From NCBI GenBank assembly GCA_942493095.1, contig OW818675.1, positions 900,001-932,000 of the forward strand: a stretch of 32,000 nt of DNA, written 5' to 3'. Source of the DNA: Candidatus Electronema halotolerans (lineage in GTDB: Bacteria; Desulfobacterota; Desulfobulbia; Desulfobulbales; Desulfobulbaceae). Made by a program: the position numbers and the translations under genes. The notes beneath the pieces were generated by a model. That model saw only the letters and a list, made by a program, of their open reading frames with translations, was not told where the DNA came from and did no database searches. Of this stretch, positions 8,771 through 18,071 are shown piece by piece (the first letter of the stretch is position 1; every line of letters starts with the position of its first letter).

Positions 8771-11700
8771 TCACTTCCCCTCACTGGCTGCAAGGACTTT
8801 GTTCAGCAGCCCTAATGCCCCTTCGGCATCAAACTGCTCAATTGGCTGCTTCAGGGCAAGCACCTGCTGGCGCAGTTCCGGCGGCAGGTTCAGGTTGAGC
8901 AGCTCGGCCAGAGTGTCAACCGCGCCTGCCTCGTACTTGCCAAGCTGCTCCTCCAGCCGTAAGAGCTTTTCTTTGATCTGACCGCTGTCCGCCGGTGCTG
9001 GCGCTGCCTCTTCCGGCGGCGGCAGATGATGCTGAAGTGCTGCCGCAGTCTGCCTGAGCTGCTCCTCTGCCGCGCTGAGAAGCGGCTCCAGAGCCTTATG
9101 CCTGCGGATGCCGTCTTCGAGCAGCCGGGCCGCCGTCTGCAAGTCTTCCGCGCCAATGGCTCCGGCCATGCCTTTCAGGGTGTGAGCCAGCCGCTCGGCG
9201 CTGGGCCGCTCGTCCTGCTCCAGCAGACTGCGGATATCCTCCACTGCGCCGGTGTGCTCACTGACAAAGTTCTGCAAGATGCTGGCGTAAATCCGCTGAT
9301 TGCCGCCCAGCCGCTCCAGCGCGGCCTGGCTGTTGATGCCGGGCCGCAGGGATAATTCATGAATTATCCCTGCGGCTGGGCAGGAATGCTGCTGCTCCTG
9401 CCGGACAGGCCGCTCCCGCTGGCCGGGCTTGATCCACTGACAGAGCGCGGTCAGGAGCTGCCTGCGGTCAACCGGCTTGGGAATATGGTCGTTCATGCCA
9501 ATGGCCCGGCATTGCTCGCGGTCATGGCGCATGGCATTGGCGCTCATGGCCAGGACAGGCAGGATGTCATAGACCTCCTGACTGCGGATTGCCGCTGCGG
9601 CCTGATAGCCGTCCATGACCGGCATCTGCAAATCCATCAGCACCAAATCATAGCGGCCCGGCTCCAGCATGGCCAACGCCTCCTGGCCGTTCTCAGCCAG
9701 ATCAACCCGGAAGCACTCCTGCGTCAGCAGCTCCGCCGCCACCTGCTGGTTGATCTTGTTGTCCTCAACCAAGAGAATGCGCGCCCCCCGGATTTGCTCA
9801 AGGCTGTTGTCATCTGCCGCGCCTTGTTCACTCCGCTCCCGGTGCGTCTCCAGCTCCTCCTGATTGGACAGCTGAAGCGGCAGGGTGATGGTGAAAGTGC
9901 TGCCTTGGCCCGGCGCGCTGATCAGGCTGACTGAGCCGTCCATCATTTCGGCCAGCTGGCGGGTGATGGCCAGCCCCAGTCCGGTGCCGCCGTACATGCG
10001 GGTGGTGCTGCTGTCAGACTGGACAAAGGGCTTGAACAGCTCGGCCTGCCGGGCTGCGTCAATGCCGATGCCAGTGTCCCGGACAATGAAGGCCACAGGC
10101 AGGAAGCCGTGCTGGGCATGCAGGCCAAGCCGTGCCTCCACCCTGATCTCGCCCTGCTTGGTGAACTTGAAGGCATTGCCGAGCAGATTGAGCAGAATCT
10201 GCTTGATGCGCAGCGGGTCGCCGAGCAGATAGCGGTGAATCTCAGGATCAACGCTGATGTGCAGCGGAATGCCCTTCTGCTGGCTGTGGATGGCCATCAG
10301 CGACTCTATCTGAGCCAGCAGCTCGTGGAGGTCAAAGGGTATGGATTCCAGCTCCAGCCGATGGGCCTCAATCTTGGACAGGTCAAGGATGTCGTTGAGC
10401 AGGCCGAGCAGGGAACGGGCGGCCTCGTTGACTTTCTCCAGATAATCCTGCTGCTGCGGAGTCAGCGCGGTTTTCAGGGCCAGCTCGGTCAGGCCGATGA
10501 TGCCGTTCATCGGGGTGCGGATTTCATGGCTCATGTTGGCAAGGAAATCGCTCTTGGCCTGATTGGCCCGCTCCGCCTGCACTTTGGCCTCAGCCAGCTC
10601 CTGCTCCGCTGCCCGCTGCTCAGTGATGTCGTCACTGATGCCGAGCAGGTAGGCGGGCTGGCCCTGCTCATCCGCAATCGGCACCTTGCGGGTGCGGAGC
10701 AGGCGGCGGTTGTGACAAGAAATGCCCTGCTCCTCCTCACTCTCCACGGTCCTGCCTTCAAGCAGCACGTGGCGGTCAGCAGCCATGCGGTCGGCAGCCT
10801 GCGCAGGCGGGAGCAGGTCAGCATCAGACTTGCCAATGAACTCCGCCGATGCTCTGCCAGTGAGCCGCTCGCCAGCCCGGTTGCAGCGGACATAGCGCAG
10901 CTCCTTGGCCTCCTTGACAAAGAGCATGGAGGGGATGTTCTCAATCACGGAATCAAGAAAGCGGTGCTGCGCCCGCAGCTCAATCTCAGCCTCCTTGCGC
11001 AGGGTGATGTCTTGGACAAGGCCGAGCATGTTGACCGGCTCGCCGTTCTCATCGCGCAGGACATCGCCCTGCTCGTGCAGCCAGTGAATGCTCCGGTCTG
11101 GCCAGCGCACCCGGTATTCCATCTCATAGTCCGCGCCCTGCTCCAGACAGGCGGCCACCGCAGCTTGGAGCCGCTGCCGGTCTTCCGGGTGAACCGCCTT
11201 GAGAAACTGCTCACGGTTAGTCGTGGTTCTGCCGGGCTGATAGCCGAGCAGGGCCGGAACCCGGTCGCTCCAGCGCAGCTCGTCCGTGCTGATCTGCCAG
11301 TCCCAGCTGCCCGCATTGGCAAACTGCTGGCTCCGGCGCAGCATCTCCTCGCTGCGCAGCAGGGCCAGCTCGGCCTCCCGGCGCCGGGTCACATCCAAGG
11401 CCATGAGCATGTAGCCGACCATGCCGCCGTCCTCATTGCGGACTGACGAGACCCGCATCTCAAAATGCAGGGTCCGGCCCTGCTCCTGCCGCTCGACATG
11501 GTACTGATAAAAGCCCTTGCTGCGCATGATCCTGACCGCCCGCTCCAGACGCTCCGGCGGAATCTGGTGCAGGACATGAAACTCATGCACGGTTCTGCCA
11601 ATGACCTCTTCCGGCTTGTAGCCGTAGATGCGGCCCAAAGTCGGATTGAAGTAGAGGATGCGCAGGTGCAGGTCAGTGGCGGCAATGCCGGTGTCAGGGG

Positions 11701-12568
11701 CGGATTCAAGCAGGCTGCGGAGGATGGCCTGGTCGTTCAGGGTGCGGCGGGTCTCGCGCAGCTGCCGCTCCTGCTCATGGATGATCTCGCGCAGGAGGCG
11801 GGAATGCCTGCTTTGCAGCCCTTTGAGCAGGTCAGTTTCCGTGAGCAGACCGGTGAGCCGTCCCTCGCTGTCAACAATCACCAGACGGCGAATCTTCTGC
11901 TGCCGGAGGATGTTGACCACATCCGGCAGCACGGTCTGCTCAGACACGGCGCAGACCGGCTGGCTCATGACCTTGGCCAAGGGCGTGTGGTAGAAATCAA
12001 GCCGCTGGAGACTGAGCCGGATCACGTCCCGTTCAGTGAGAATGCCGACCGGTCTGCCCTCCTCAATCACAGGCACGCAGCTGATGCAGTGCCGGTGCAT
12101 CAGCTCCAAGGCAGCATGCACACTGTCTGTCGGCCTGAGCGTGATCAGGTCATGGGAGACCACCTCTTTGATCGTGGTCAAATCGATGAAATATTCCAGC
12201 CCAAGGGAATGGAGGAAATTGGTCTCTGTGACCATGCCGATGACCTGGCCCGCTGTGTCAACCACCACCAGATGGCGGGTGCGCGAGACCACCATGAGCT
12301 GAAAGGCATCCCGGCAGTCTGTCTCCGCCAAGGCGGTCAGAGGCATGCCGCTCATCAGGGCGCGGCCTGTCAGCCCGGAATGAAGTCGGTCTTGGGCTGC
12401 GCTGCTGGTGATGTCCTGCTCTGTGACCAAACCGAGCGGGCGGTTCTCCTCATCGGTCAGCACCACGGCGGAGATGCGCCGCCGCTCCATCAGCTCCAGC
12501 AGGGCAGGCAGGGGCGTGTCAGGGGCGGCAGTGACTGCCGGAACGGTCATGAGCTGGGCAAGGTTCAT
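8771..12568 (-). CDS. Hybrid sensor histidine kinase: 4 CBS motifs, 3 PAS, HisKA-HATPase_c, REC, HPt
   Basis: H-box [26 protein letters not shown], receiver [13 protein letters not shown], HPt [14 protein letters not shown]; start [12 protein letters not shown] chosen downstream of the ORF-track start. Confidence 0.93.
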   Translation of the reverse strand: MNLAQLMTVPAVTAAPDTPLPALLELMERRRISAVVLTDEENRPLGLVTEQDITSSAAQDRLHSGLTGRALMSGMPLTALAETDCRDAFQLMVVSRTRHLVVVDTAGQVIGMVTETNFLHSLGLEYFIDLTTIKEVVSHDLITLRPTDSVHAALELMHRHCISCVPVIEEGRPVGILTERDVIRLSLQRLDFYHTPLAKVMSQPVCAVSEQTVLPDVVNILRQQKIRRLVIVDSEGRLTGLLTETDLLKGLQSRHSRLLREIIHEQERQLRETRRTLNDQAILRSLLESAPDTGIAATDLHLRILYFNPTLGRIYGYKPEEVIGRTVHEFHVLHQIPPERLERAVRIMRSKGFYQYHVERQEQGRTLHFEMRVSSVRNEDGGMVGYMLMALDVTRRREAELALLRSEEMLRRSQQFANAGSWDWQISTDELRWSDRVPALLGYQPGRTTTNREQFLKAVHPEDRQRLQAAVAACLEQGADYEMEYRVRWPDRSIHWLHEQGDVLRDENGEPVNMLGLVQDITLRKEAEIELRAQHRFLDSVIENIPSMLFVKEAKELRYVRCNRAGERLTGRASAEFIGKSDADLLPPAQAADRMAADRHVLLEGRTVESEEEQGISCHNRRLLRTRKVPIADEQGQPAYLLGISDDITEQRAAEQELAEAKVQAERANQAKSDFLANMSHEIRTPMNGIIGLTELALKTALTPQQQDYLEKVNEAARSLLGLLNDILDLSKIEAHRLELESIPFDLHELLAQIESLMAIHSQQKGIPLHISVDPEIHRYLLGDPLRIKQILLNLLGNAFKFTKQGEIRVEARLGLHAQHGFLPVAFIVRDTGIGIDAARQAELFKPFVQSDSSTTRMYGGTGLGLAITRQLAEMMDGSVSLISAPGQGSTFTITLPLQLSNQEELETHRERSEQGAADDNSLEQIRGARILLVEDNKINQQVAAELLTQECFRVDLAENGQEALAMLEPGRYDLVLMDLQMPVMDGYQAAAAIRSQEVYDILPVLAMSANAMRHDREQCRAIGMNDHIPKPVDRRQLLTALCQWIKPGQRERPVRQEQQHSCPAAGIIHELSLRPGINSQAALERLGGNQRIYASILQNFVSEHTGAVEDIRSLLEQDERPSAERLAHTLKGMAGAIGAEDLQTAARLLEDGIRRHKALEPLLSAAEEQLRQTAAALQHHLPPPEEAAPAPADSGQIKEKLLRLEEQLGKYEAGAVDTLAELLNLNLPPELRQQVLALKQPIEQFDAEGALGLLNKVLAASEGK

Positions 12569-12736
12569 AATCAGCAAACTATAATCGAACCGCCACGCTG
12601 CGGCAAGCCCTCCTTTGCAGTTCCTTGTCCTGAAACAGAGGTCGCTATTCCTGCCGCCCCCCTTCAGCACCTCCACGATGCAGGGTCCGCCACGCCCGCA
12701 CAGTCGGCTTTTCCCTGACAGTGCTGTCGAGATTTC

Positions 12737-12754
12737 CCCGATACCACTATCGGG
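12737..12754. repeat. Small perfect hairpin CCCGATA-CCAC-TATCGGG
   Basis: 7-bp stem, 4-nt loop, just upstream of the 12767 ORF. Confidence 0.5.
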
Positions 12755-12766
12755 CCAGCCCGAACA

Positions 12767-13168
12767 ATGTCAAGGAACTCATGGATCATTTTAGAACTTA
12801 ACAGCTTTGGCACTTACGGCGGCAGGCTGCGCACGCCCCTGACCGTGCCGCAACTCAGTCATCCCAATCCGCCGGAGACCGGCATTCTCACGGACAGAGC
12901 GGCCTCGCCTTATGTGGTCATCACCGCAGGCGAACTCACGGCGGACACGCGGCTGCGGGTGCAGGTCGAACACAACGTGCAGGATGACATTCTGGCCTTC
13001 AAGCTGATTGACATGCAGGACGGCGGCGCGGAAGGCATGATTGTTCCGGCAACTGGGAACGGAGAATTTATCCTGCCCGGCTTCAGCGGCTCAACAGTGA
13101 GCAGCCTGAGCATTCGCGTGGATAACTATAGCGGTTTCGTATTGAACAGATATCAAACCCAGCAATGA
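12767..13168 (+). CDS. Hypothetical protein whose C-terminus is replaced by IS630-derived sequence
   Basis: ORF 12767-13168 reads into the IS630 end beginning at 13131. Confidence 0.5.
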   Translation: MSRNSWIILELNSFGTYGGRLRTPLTVPQLSHPNPPETGILTDRAASPYVVITAGELTADTRLRVQVEHNVQDDILAFKLIDMQDGGAEGMIVPATGNGEFILPGFSGSTVSSLSIRVDNYSGFVLNRYQTQQ

Positions 13169-13781
13169 CGGAAAAACGATTTGATTGATTTTGACTTAAC
13201 CGTTTTCAGAGATATATCATAAGCTTCCATCAGCTCACGCTCTGTTCTCGGCTTCAATTTTCTTATAGTGTTTTTCATTACTGACCAGCAGTATTCAATA
13301 AGGTTCAGTTCAGGACGATAAGGAGGGAGGAAAATGATCTTCGCTCCTGTACTTCTGATCAAAGCGAGAGCTTCTTTGTTTTTATGAGGACTGGCATTGT
13401 CAAGAACGACTGTCTTACTGCTGTCAAGATATTTCAAAAGATAATTTTTTATATAGAAATAAAAGACAGCTCCTGTCATGGTGCCGTTAAATTTCATGCA
13501 CTTCAATATTTTTCCAAACTTTACAGCTCCTATCATGCTTATTCTTTTCCCTTTACCTGAAGGTCTTTTTGAAAAAGCTCTTGTTCCTTTTCTTGATCTT
13601 GCAAATTTTCTCGACATGTTCAAACAGCATCCTGTCTCATCAATAAAGATGAAATTCTTTTTGTCAGCCTCGATCAGGCCTGCAAGGTAATTAACTGTCT
13701 TTGCTATATTTTCCTCTTTATACGCCGCCGGATCGCGGAAAGTTTTTTTTTCCGGCTGATTTTCAGTCTGGCGAGAGTTTC

Positions 13782-14951
13782 GGCGGTCTCCCTCTTGAGA
13801 GTTGTTGAATAATTGTTTATCCTTCTGTGTGTGTCAACTATTTCAAAGAAGGAGGAAAAGATGGCTGAACTTGCGAAAGTCGGCAGTTTTTGTCCGAACC
13901 CCGCCTGTTCTGATTATGAGCAGCTTGACGGTCGAATTATCAGATATGGCCGCACTCGTGCAGGCGTTCAGCGTTTTAAATGCCTGAGTTGCGGAAGAAC
14001 GTTCACTGCGACGCGAGGGACGATATTTTATCGCCGCCGGACGGATGATGCTGAAATTGTTGAGTGTCTTGCCCTGCTTGCGGAAGGATCACGGATCAGC
14101 AGCGTGAGCCGGGTGAAAGGGCACAAGGAAGACACAGTCGCCGCTTGGCTGACGGAAGCAGCCGAGCATGTTGAAGCTGTTGAAAATGTTCTTCTTTCCG
14201 AATTCCGCATCAGCCGGGGCCAGCTTGACGGCTTATGGTCTTATGTGAAGAATAAGGGCGAAAAAAAAGGACATGCGGAAACTGAGGCGAGCGGCCAGTT
14301 TTTCCGTTCGACGATGATGGACATGGACAGCCGCCTGCGTGCCGGGCGGGGATTCGGCAAATCGGAGACGGAAGCTTCCGCCGCCGTCTTCCGGCAGCTC
14401 AAGGAACGCGGGCATTCCGACGGCCCGCCGCCGACAGTTTCAGACGGCTGGGGCGGCATCCGGGAGGCGATGCTGGAAATTTTTGGAAAAGTTCCTGAAT
14501 ATTCACCTCCCTCGAAAAAGCGGCCTCAACCCGGATGGAAATATTTGCAAATCATCAAGCAGCGGGATGAGAAGGGGAATTTTCTCGGCACACGGCGCAA
14601 GGCGGTGCATGGGAGCATGAGAGGACTTGATAAAATCTTTGGAAAAAGCACGGCCTATATTGAACGCAGCCATCTAACCATGCGGACTTTCAGCAGCCGC
14701 CTGACTCGGAAAGGCATCGCTTTCTCCAAGAACATTGACATGCATAAAGCCGCCGCCGCACTGGAGGATATGTATTATAATTTCATCAAACCGCTGAAAA
14801 CTTTGAGGCTGAATGCTGACGAAAACTCAGGGCTGAAATGGCTGCCGCGCACACCGGCTATGGCGGCGGACTTGACAGACCATATTTGGACGCTGAAAGA
14901 GGTCTTCAGCATGGTCGTGATTGAAAAACAACACTCAACAGGGTGACGACC
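13782..14951 (+). mobile_element. IS1-like element (1170 bp) inserted in the IS630 element
   Basis: IRL GGCGGTCTCCCTCTTGAGAGTTGTT vs IRR reverse complement GGTCGTCACCCTGTTGAGTGTTGTT (20/25 match); 8-bp TSD AGAGTTTC at 13774-13781 and 14952-14959. Confidence 0.9.
13861..14946 (+). CDS. Transposase with N-terminal zinc-ribbon and HTH, single-ORF IS1-like, 361 aa
   Basis: FCPNPACSDYEQLDGRIIRYGRTRAGVQRFKCLSCGRTFTATRGT; AAGGAGG RBS; IRs and 8-bp TSD fit the IS1 family. Confidence 0.8.
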   Translation: MAELAKVGSFCPNPACSDYEQLDGRIIRYGRTRAGVQRFKCLSCGRTFTATRGTIFYRRRTDDAEIVECLALLAEGSRISSVSRVKGHKEDTVAAWLTEAAEHVEAVENVLLSEFRISRGQLDGLWSYVKNKGEKKGHAETEASGQFFRSTMMDMDSRLRAGRGFGKSETEASAAVFRQLKERGHSDGPPPTVSDGWGGIREAMLEIFGKVPEYSPPSKKRPQPGWKYLQIIKQRDEKGNFLGTRRKAVHGSMRGLDKIFGKSTAYIERSHLTMRTFSSRLTRKGIAFSKNIDMHKAAAALEDMYYNFIKPLKTLRLNADENSGLKWLPRTPAMAADLTDHIWTLKEVFSMVVIEKQHSTG

Positions 14952-15536
14952 AGAGTTTCGCACAGCGTGGAAGGTACTATTTTTAAATTGAATTTCTCGT
15001 ATAAGCGATCACACATCTCTTCAAGCGTAAGATCGTTCTCGTCATCAATCATGCTGGTCAGAAAAGGAATATGAACTTCCTTGATTTTCTGAGGATTTCC
15101 GCCTTTATGAGGCTTCGGCTCAATCGTCCCCTCAGTCTTCCATCTTTTTACAAGACTTTGAACAAATTTATAGGAAACGTCAAGCAAATCTGCAGTTCTT
15201 CTCAATGATTTCTGTTTTTCATAAACAGACAAGACTTTCTTTCTGAAATCAATAGAATAAATCATGGCAGACCTCCGTGTGTGAAAAAATGGAAAAAACA
15301 GACAAGTCAAGTTTAATCTTTTTCTGATAACCATACAACCTGAAACCGCTATACCCCGCCCTAAAGACGCTGGTCGTCAATGACTACGACGGCAGGCTGG
15401 TGGATGTGCTGGATGTGAAGATGGGGTGAGGGGCGGAGAACGCTGCGAAAGCAGGGAAGATGCGTCAGCTTTCGCTGTATGACACGCTAACGACAAAGAT
15501 CACTCGTGAGTGAATAGCGCAGAGCGTAGCGACGCA

Positions 15537-15824
15537 CTATTCTTCGTCGAGCGCATCTTCTTGTTCGCCACTTCGTTCAATCCTGAATACTTCTTCATCT
15601 GACGAAATATGAATGCTGTCAGCCTCCCATTTCAAGGTGATTGGTCTAGGTAACGCATCTTCATACGCGGTCATTTGCAGCAACACTGGACGCAGGTATT
15701 TCTCAATAAAAGTGCTCATGCACTCACCAGCCTTGGCCTCCACAAATTCCCAAGCATCACCAATATCAATGGTTCGGTAATTTTTTTCAGCGCGTGAGGC
15801 GCAACGATGTTCAAAATCGACCAT
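15537..15824 (-). CDS. Small acidic hypothetical protein, 95 aa
   Basis: ORF MVDFEHRCASRAEKNYRTIDIGDAWEFVEAKAGE...EDALDEE with no obvious family. Confidence 0.45.
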   Translation of the reverse strand: MVDFEHRCASRAEKNYRTIDIGDAWEFVEAKAGECMSTFIEKYLRPVLLQMTAYEDALPRPITLKWEADSIHISSDEEVFRIERSGEQEDALDEE

Positions 15825-15893
15825 GCTGAATAAAAGACTTGAATAAAACTCAATAGTATTGTTTACTTGCTTTTCTGCTGTCCGGGAAATTTC

Positions 15894-16381
15894 GGCGGTC
15901 TCCCTCTTGAGAGTTGTTGAATAATTGTTTATCCTTCTGTGTGTGTCAACTATTTCAAAGAAGGAGGAAAAGATGGCTGAACTTGCGAAAGTCGGCAGTT
16001 TTTGTCCGAACCCCGCCTGTTCTGATTATGAGCAGCTTGACGGTCGAATTATCAGATATGGCCGCACTCGTGCAGGCGTTCAGCGTTTTAAATGCCTGAG
16101 TTGCGGAAGAACGTTCACTGCGACGCGAGGGACGATATTTTATCGCCGCCGGACGGATGATGCTGAAATTGTTGAGTGTCTTGCCCTGCTTGCGGAAGGA
16201 TCACGGATCAGCAGCGTGAGCCGGGTGAAAGGGCACAAGGAAGACACAGTCGCCGCTTGGCTGACGGAAGCAGCCGAGCATGTTGAAGCTGTTGAAAATG
16301 TTCTTCTTTCCGAATTCCGCATCAGCCGGGGCCAGCTTGACGGCTTATGGTCTTATGTGAAGAATAAGGGCGAAAAAAAAA
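15894..16381 (+). mobile_element. Truncated 5' fragment of the same IS1-like element
   Basis: By eye identical to 13782-14268 over 487 bp (offset 2112), then diverges at the poly-A run. Confidence 0.93.
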
Positions 16382-16524
16382 GGCTCTCCGATAATTTCCG
16401 GCTCTCCGATAATTTCCGGGGTTGTAATTCCAGGCTTTTGGTGAATTCAAGTTCCAAGTGCAACTTTTTTTGGTTGCAAGAAAAGGCAGTTACGGGAGTG
16501 TCACAACTTTGCTTTTGTCGCTAA
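15973..16524 (+). pseudogene. Truncated IS1-like transposase with unrelated C-terminal readthrough
   Basis: Same protein as 13861 ORF to SRGQLDGLWSYVKNKGEKK, then RLSDNFRLSDNFRG... Confidence 0.9.
16382..16417. repeat. 18-bp tandem duplication GGCTCTCCGATAATTTCC x2
   Basis: Exact copies at 16382-16399 and 16400-16417. Confidence 0.9.
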
Positions 16525-16624
16525 CTAAGAGAAAATAATCGAAAATTTACATGAAGTATTCAAAGTGCCAGCCAACCTATGCTTTTTGGATAACCAAAAA
16601 AAGTTGCACTTGCGAGTTGAATCC
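16443..16624. repeat. MITE-like unit: 33-bp terminal inverted repeats around about 116 bp of non-coding sequence
   Basis: 16443-16475 GAATTCAAGTTCCAAGTGCAACTTTTTTTGGTT vs reverse complement of 16592-16624 GGATTCAACTCGCAAGTGCAACTTTTTTTGGTT, 29/33 matches. Confidence 0.7.
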
Positions 16625-16636
16625 ACAACTCACTTT

Positions 16637-17942
16637 AGGGAACCTCGAAAAATTCGAGATAAAGTTTTTTCAGCTTATCAATAGTGTCTTTGACAGTTGA
16701 AAATTTCAAATACATAAATTGTTATTTCCTGTTTTTTATTTATTTTGAGCAAACTTCCGTTGAAATATGTTCCTGAATGCGTTTCTTTTTTTAAATCTTA
16801 AATTTTATTAAGAGTTCCGTACCTGTCAATATTGAACGTCAAGTTTCTCAAGCCTATTTTCGCAGCAGCGCGAATGAAACCTGTTCCTCGGAGAATCATA
16901 TTGCCAGCACGTTGCGCCTGGATGCCGAAGACGTGTTCAATCCGGGAGCGAATTTTTGATCTTGTCCGATTTCCCTGCTTCTCCCATTCGGTCAATTTCC
17001 GGCTTCGTGTTCCTTTGCGGTTCAGATGCTCTCTGTATCCATTCTCGTTCAACCAGTTGAGCTTTTTTTCAGATCTGTATGCCGAATCCGCATAGATATC
17101 CCGACTGGTGTTGTCAGGGTCAAGCAGCTCCTCAAAAATATTGCTGTCATGAACCTCGGCGCTGGTCACCGCATATTTTCGGATGAATTTATGCTTCACA
17201 TCAACAGATATATGATTTTTATAACCAAAAAAGCTTCTGCCGTTCTTTTTGGTCCAACGGGCATCAGTATCCTTCTGCGCCTGCTTATTCTCACTCCATC
17301 CTTCAGGCTGTTCACCATTCTTGATCTGCTTGTTTTCCTTGCGGCTGTTACGCTGGATCGGGGCGTTGACTATGGAAGCGTCGACTATCTGCCCTTTTCT
17401 GGCTTGATATCCATTTTCATCAAGAAATTCGTCAAAAACAGAAAACAGTTCCTCGATTTTTCCTGCTTTGGTCAAAGTTTCACGAAAAAGCCATATCGTT
17501 GTCGCATCTGGAACTTTGTCAGCCGCCCGAAGTCCAAGGAATCTGGAAAACGAATATCTGTCAAGAATTTGATATTCCATCCCTTTATCAGAAAGATTGT
17601 ATAATGATTGCAAAATTAAAATTTTGAACATCATGACTGAATCATAACCTTTAGCTCCAGCATTTGATTTCACAGGCTTTCTTTTTGCTTCTTCAAGAAT
17701 TGGCCGAAATATTTCCCAGTCAATAGCCTTGTTGATCTTAACTAAAGGATCACCTGCTTTGTCAATTCGGGAAAGACGAATATAAAAATCAAAAAATCCA
17801 AGTTGGTTCATCTGTGCATCTCCGGCAGCATGAGTTGAATTGATGCCGAAATTATAACATAATAGACTGAAATTTCAATATTAAAATAAAAAATAACAAA
17901 ACAAATGCAGCAGAATGGATGTTGTATTTTTCGAGGAACCCT
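16637..17942 (-). mobile_element. IS5-family element, apparently complete
   Basis: Ends AGGGAACCTCGAAAAAT (16637-16653) and reverse complement AGGGTTCCTCGAAAAAT (17926-17942), 15/17 match, flanking an intact transposase; TSD not resolved. Confidence 0.85.
16798..17811 (-). CDS. IS5-family transposase, 337 aa
   Basis: VPDATTIWLFRETL, GQIVDASIVNAP, IYADSAYRSEKK, RIRSRIEHVFGIQAQ motifs. Confidence 0.93.
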   Translation of the reverse strand: MNQLGFFDFYIRLSRIDKAGDPLVKINKAIDWEIFRPILEEAKRKPVKSNAGAKGYDSVMMFKILILQSLYNLSDKGMEYQILDRYSFSRFLGLRAADKVPDATTIWLFRETLTKAGKIEELFSVFDEFLDENGYQARKGQIVDASIVNAPIQRNSRKENKQIKNGEQPEGWSENKQAQKDTDARWTKKNGRSFFGYKNHISVDVKHKFIRKYAVTSAEVHDSNIFEELLDPDNTSRDIYADSAYRSEKKLNWLNENGYREHLNRKGTRSRKLTEWEKQGNRTRSKIRSRIEHVFGIQAQRAGNMILRGTGFIRAAAKIGLRNLTFNIDRYGTLNKI

Positions 17943-18071
17943 CATGCGGAGCAAATCGAGTCTGATCTATAACAGATGAAGCCTGATTTGGGATAAATCA
18001 AGCTCAATGAGGAACTGAATCAGCGGCATTGCCAGGAAACAGTGCCGCTGGGATAAACAAAAAAATTCAGT

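Larger units (their letters stand above)
13153..15265 (-). pseudogene. IS630 transposase, split by insertion (N-term 15265..14952, C-term 13781..13153) plus a frame change at A9
   Basis: N-term HTH MIYSIDFRKKVLSVYEKQKSLRRTADLLDVSYKFVQSLVKRWK; C-term FIFIDETGC.., VVLDNASPHKN, PYRPELNLIEYCWSVMK. Confidence 0.9.
13131..15349 (-). mobile_element. IS630-family element, interrupted by the IS1-like element; about 1041 bp once the insert plus one TSD copy are removed
   Basis: Ends GCGGTTTC(gta)TTG / reverse complement GCGGTTTC(agg)TTG flanked by TA dinucleotides (13129-13130 and 15350-15351); DDE transposase inside. Confidence 0.85.

Noticed and set aside
10109-12718. Long plus-strand ORFs of 445 aa (10109-11446) and 417 aa (11465-12718)
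   Set aside because: Antisense shadows of the clearly coding hybrid kinase gene; composition reflects codon bias, no domain recognised.
15354-15430. Frame encoding ..LKTLVVNDYDGRLVDVLDVKMG* just right of the IS630 end, considered as the displaced tail of the 12767 gene
   Set aside because: Not in frame with the gene after precise IS excision with a TA duplication; may be an unrelated remnant.
13131-17942. Possible CRISPR array or novel repeat-based system in the repeat-rich centre
   Set aside because: The repeats resolve into IS ends, a duplicated IS fragment, one tandem 18-mer and one inverted-repeat unit; no regularly spaced direct repeats and no cas-like genes.
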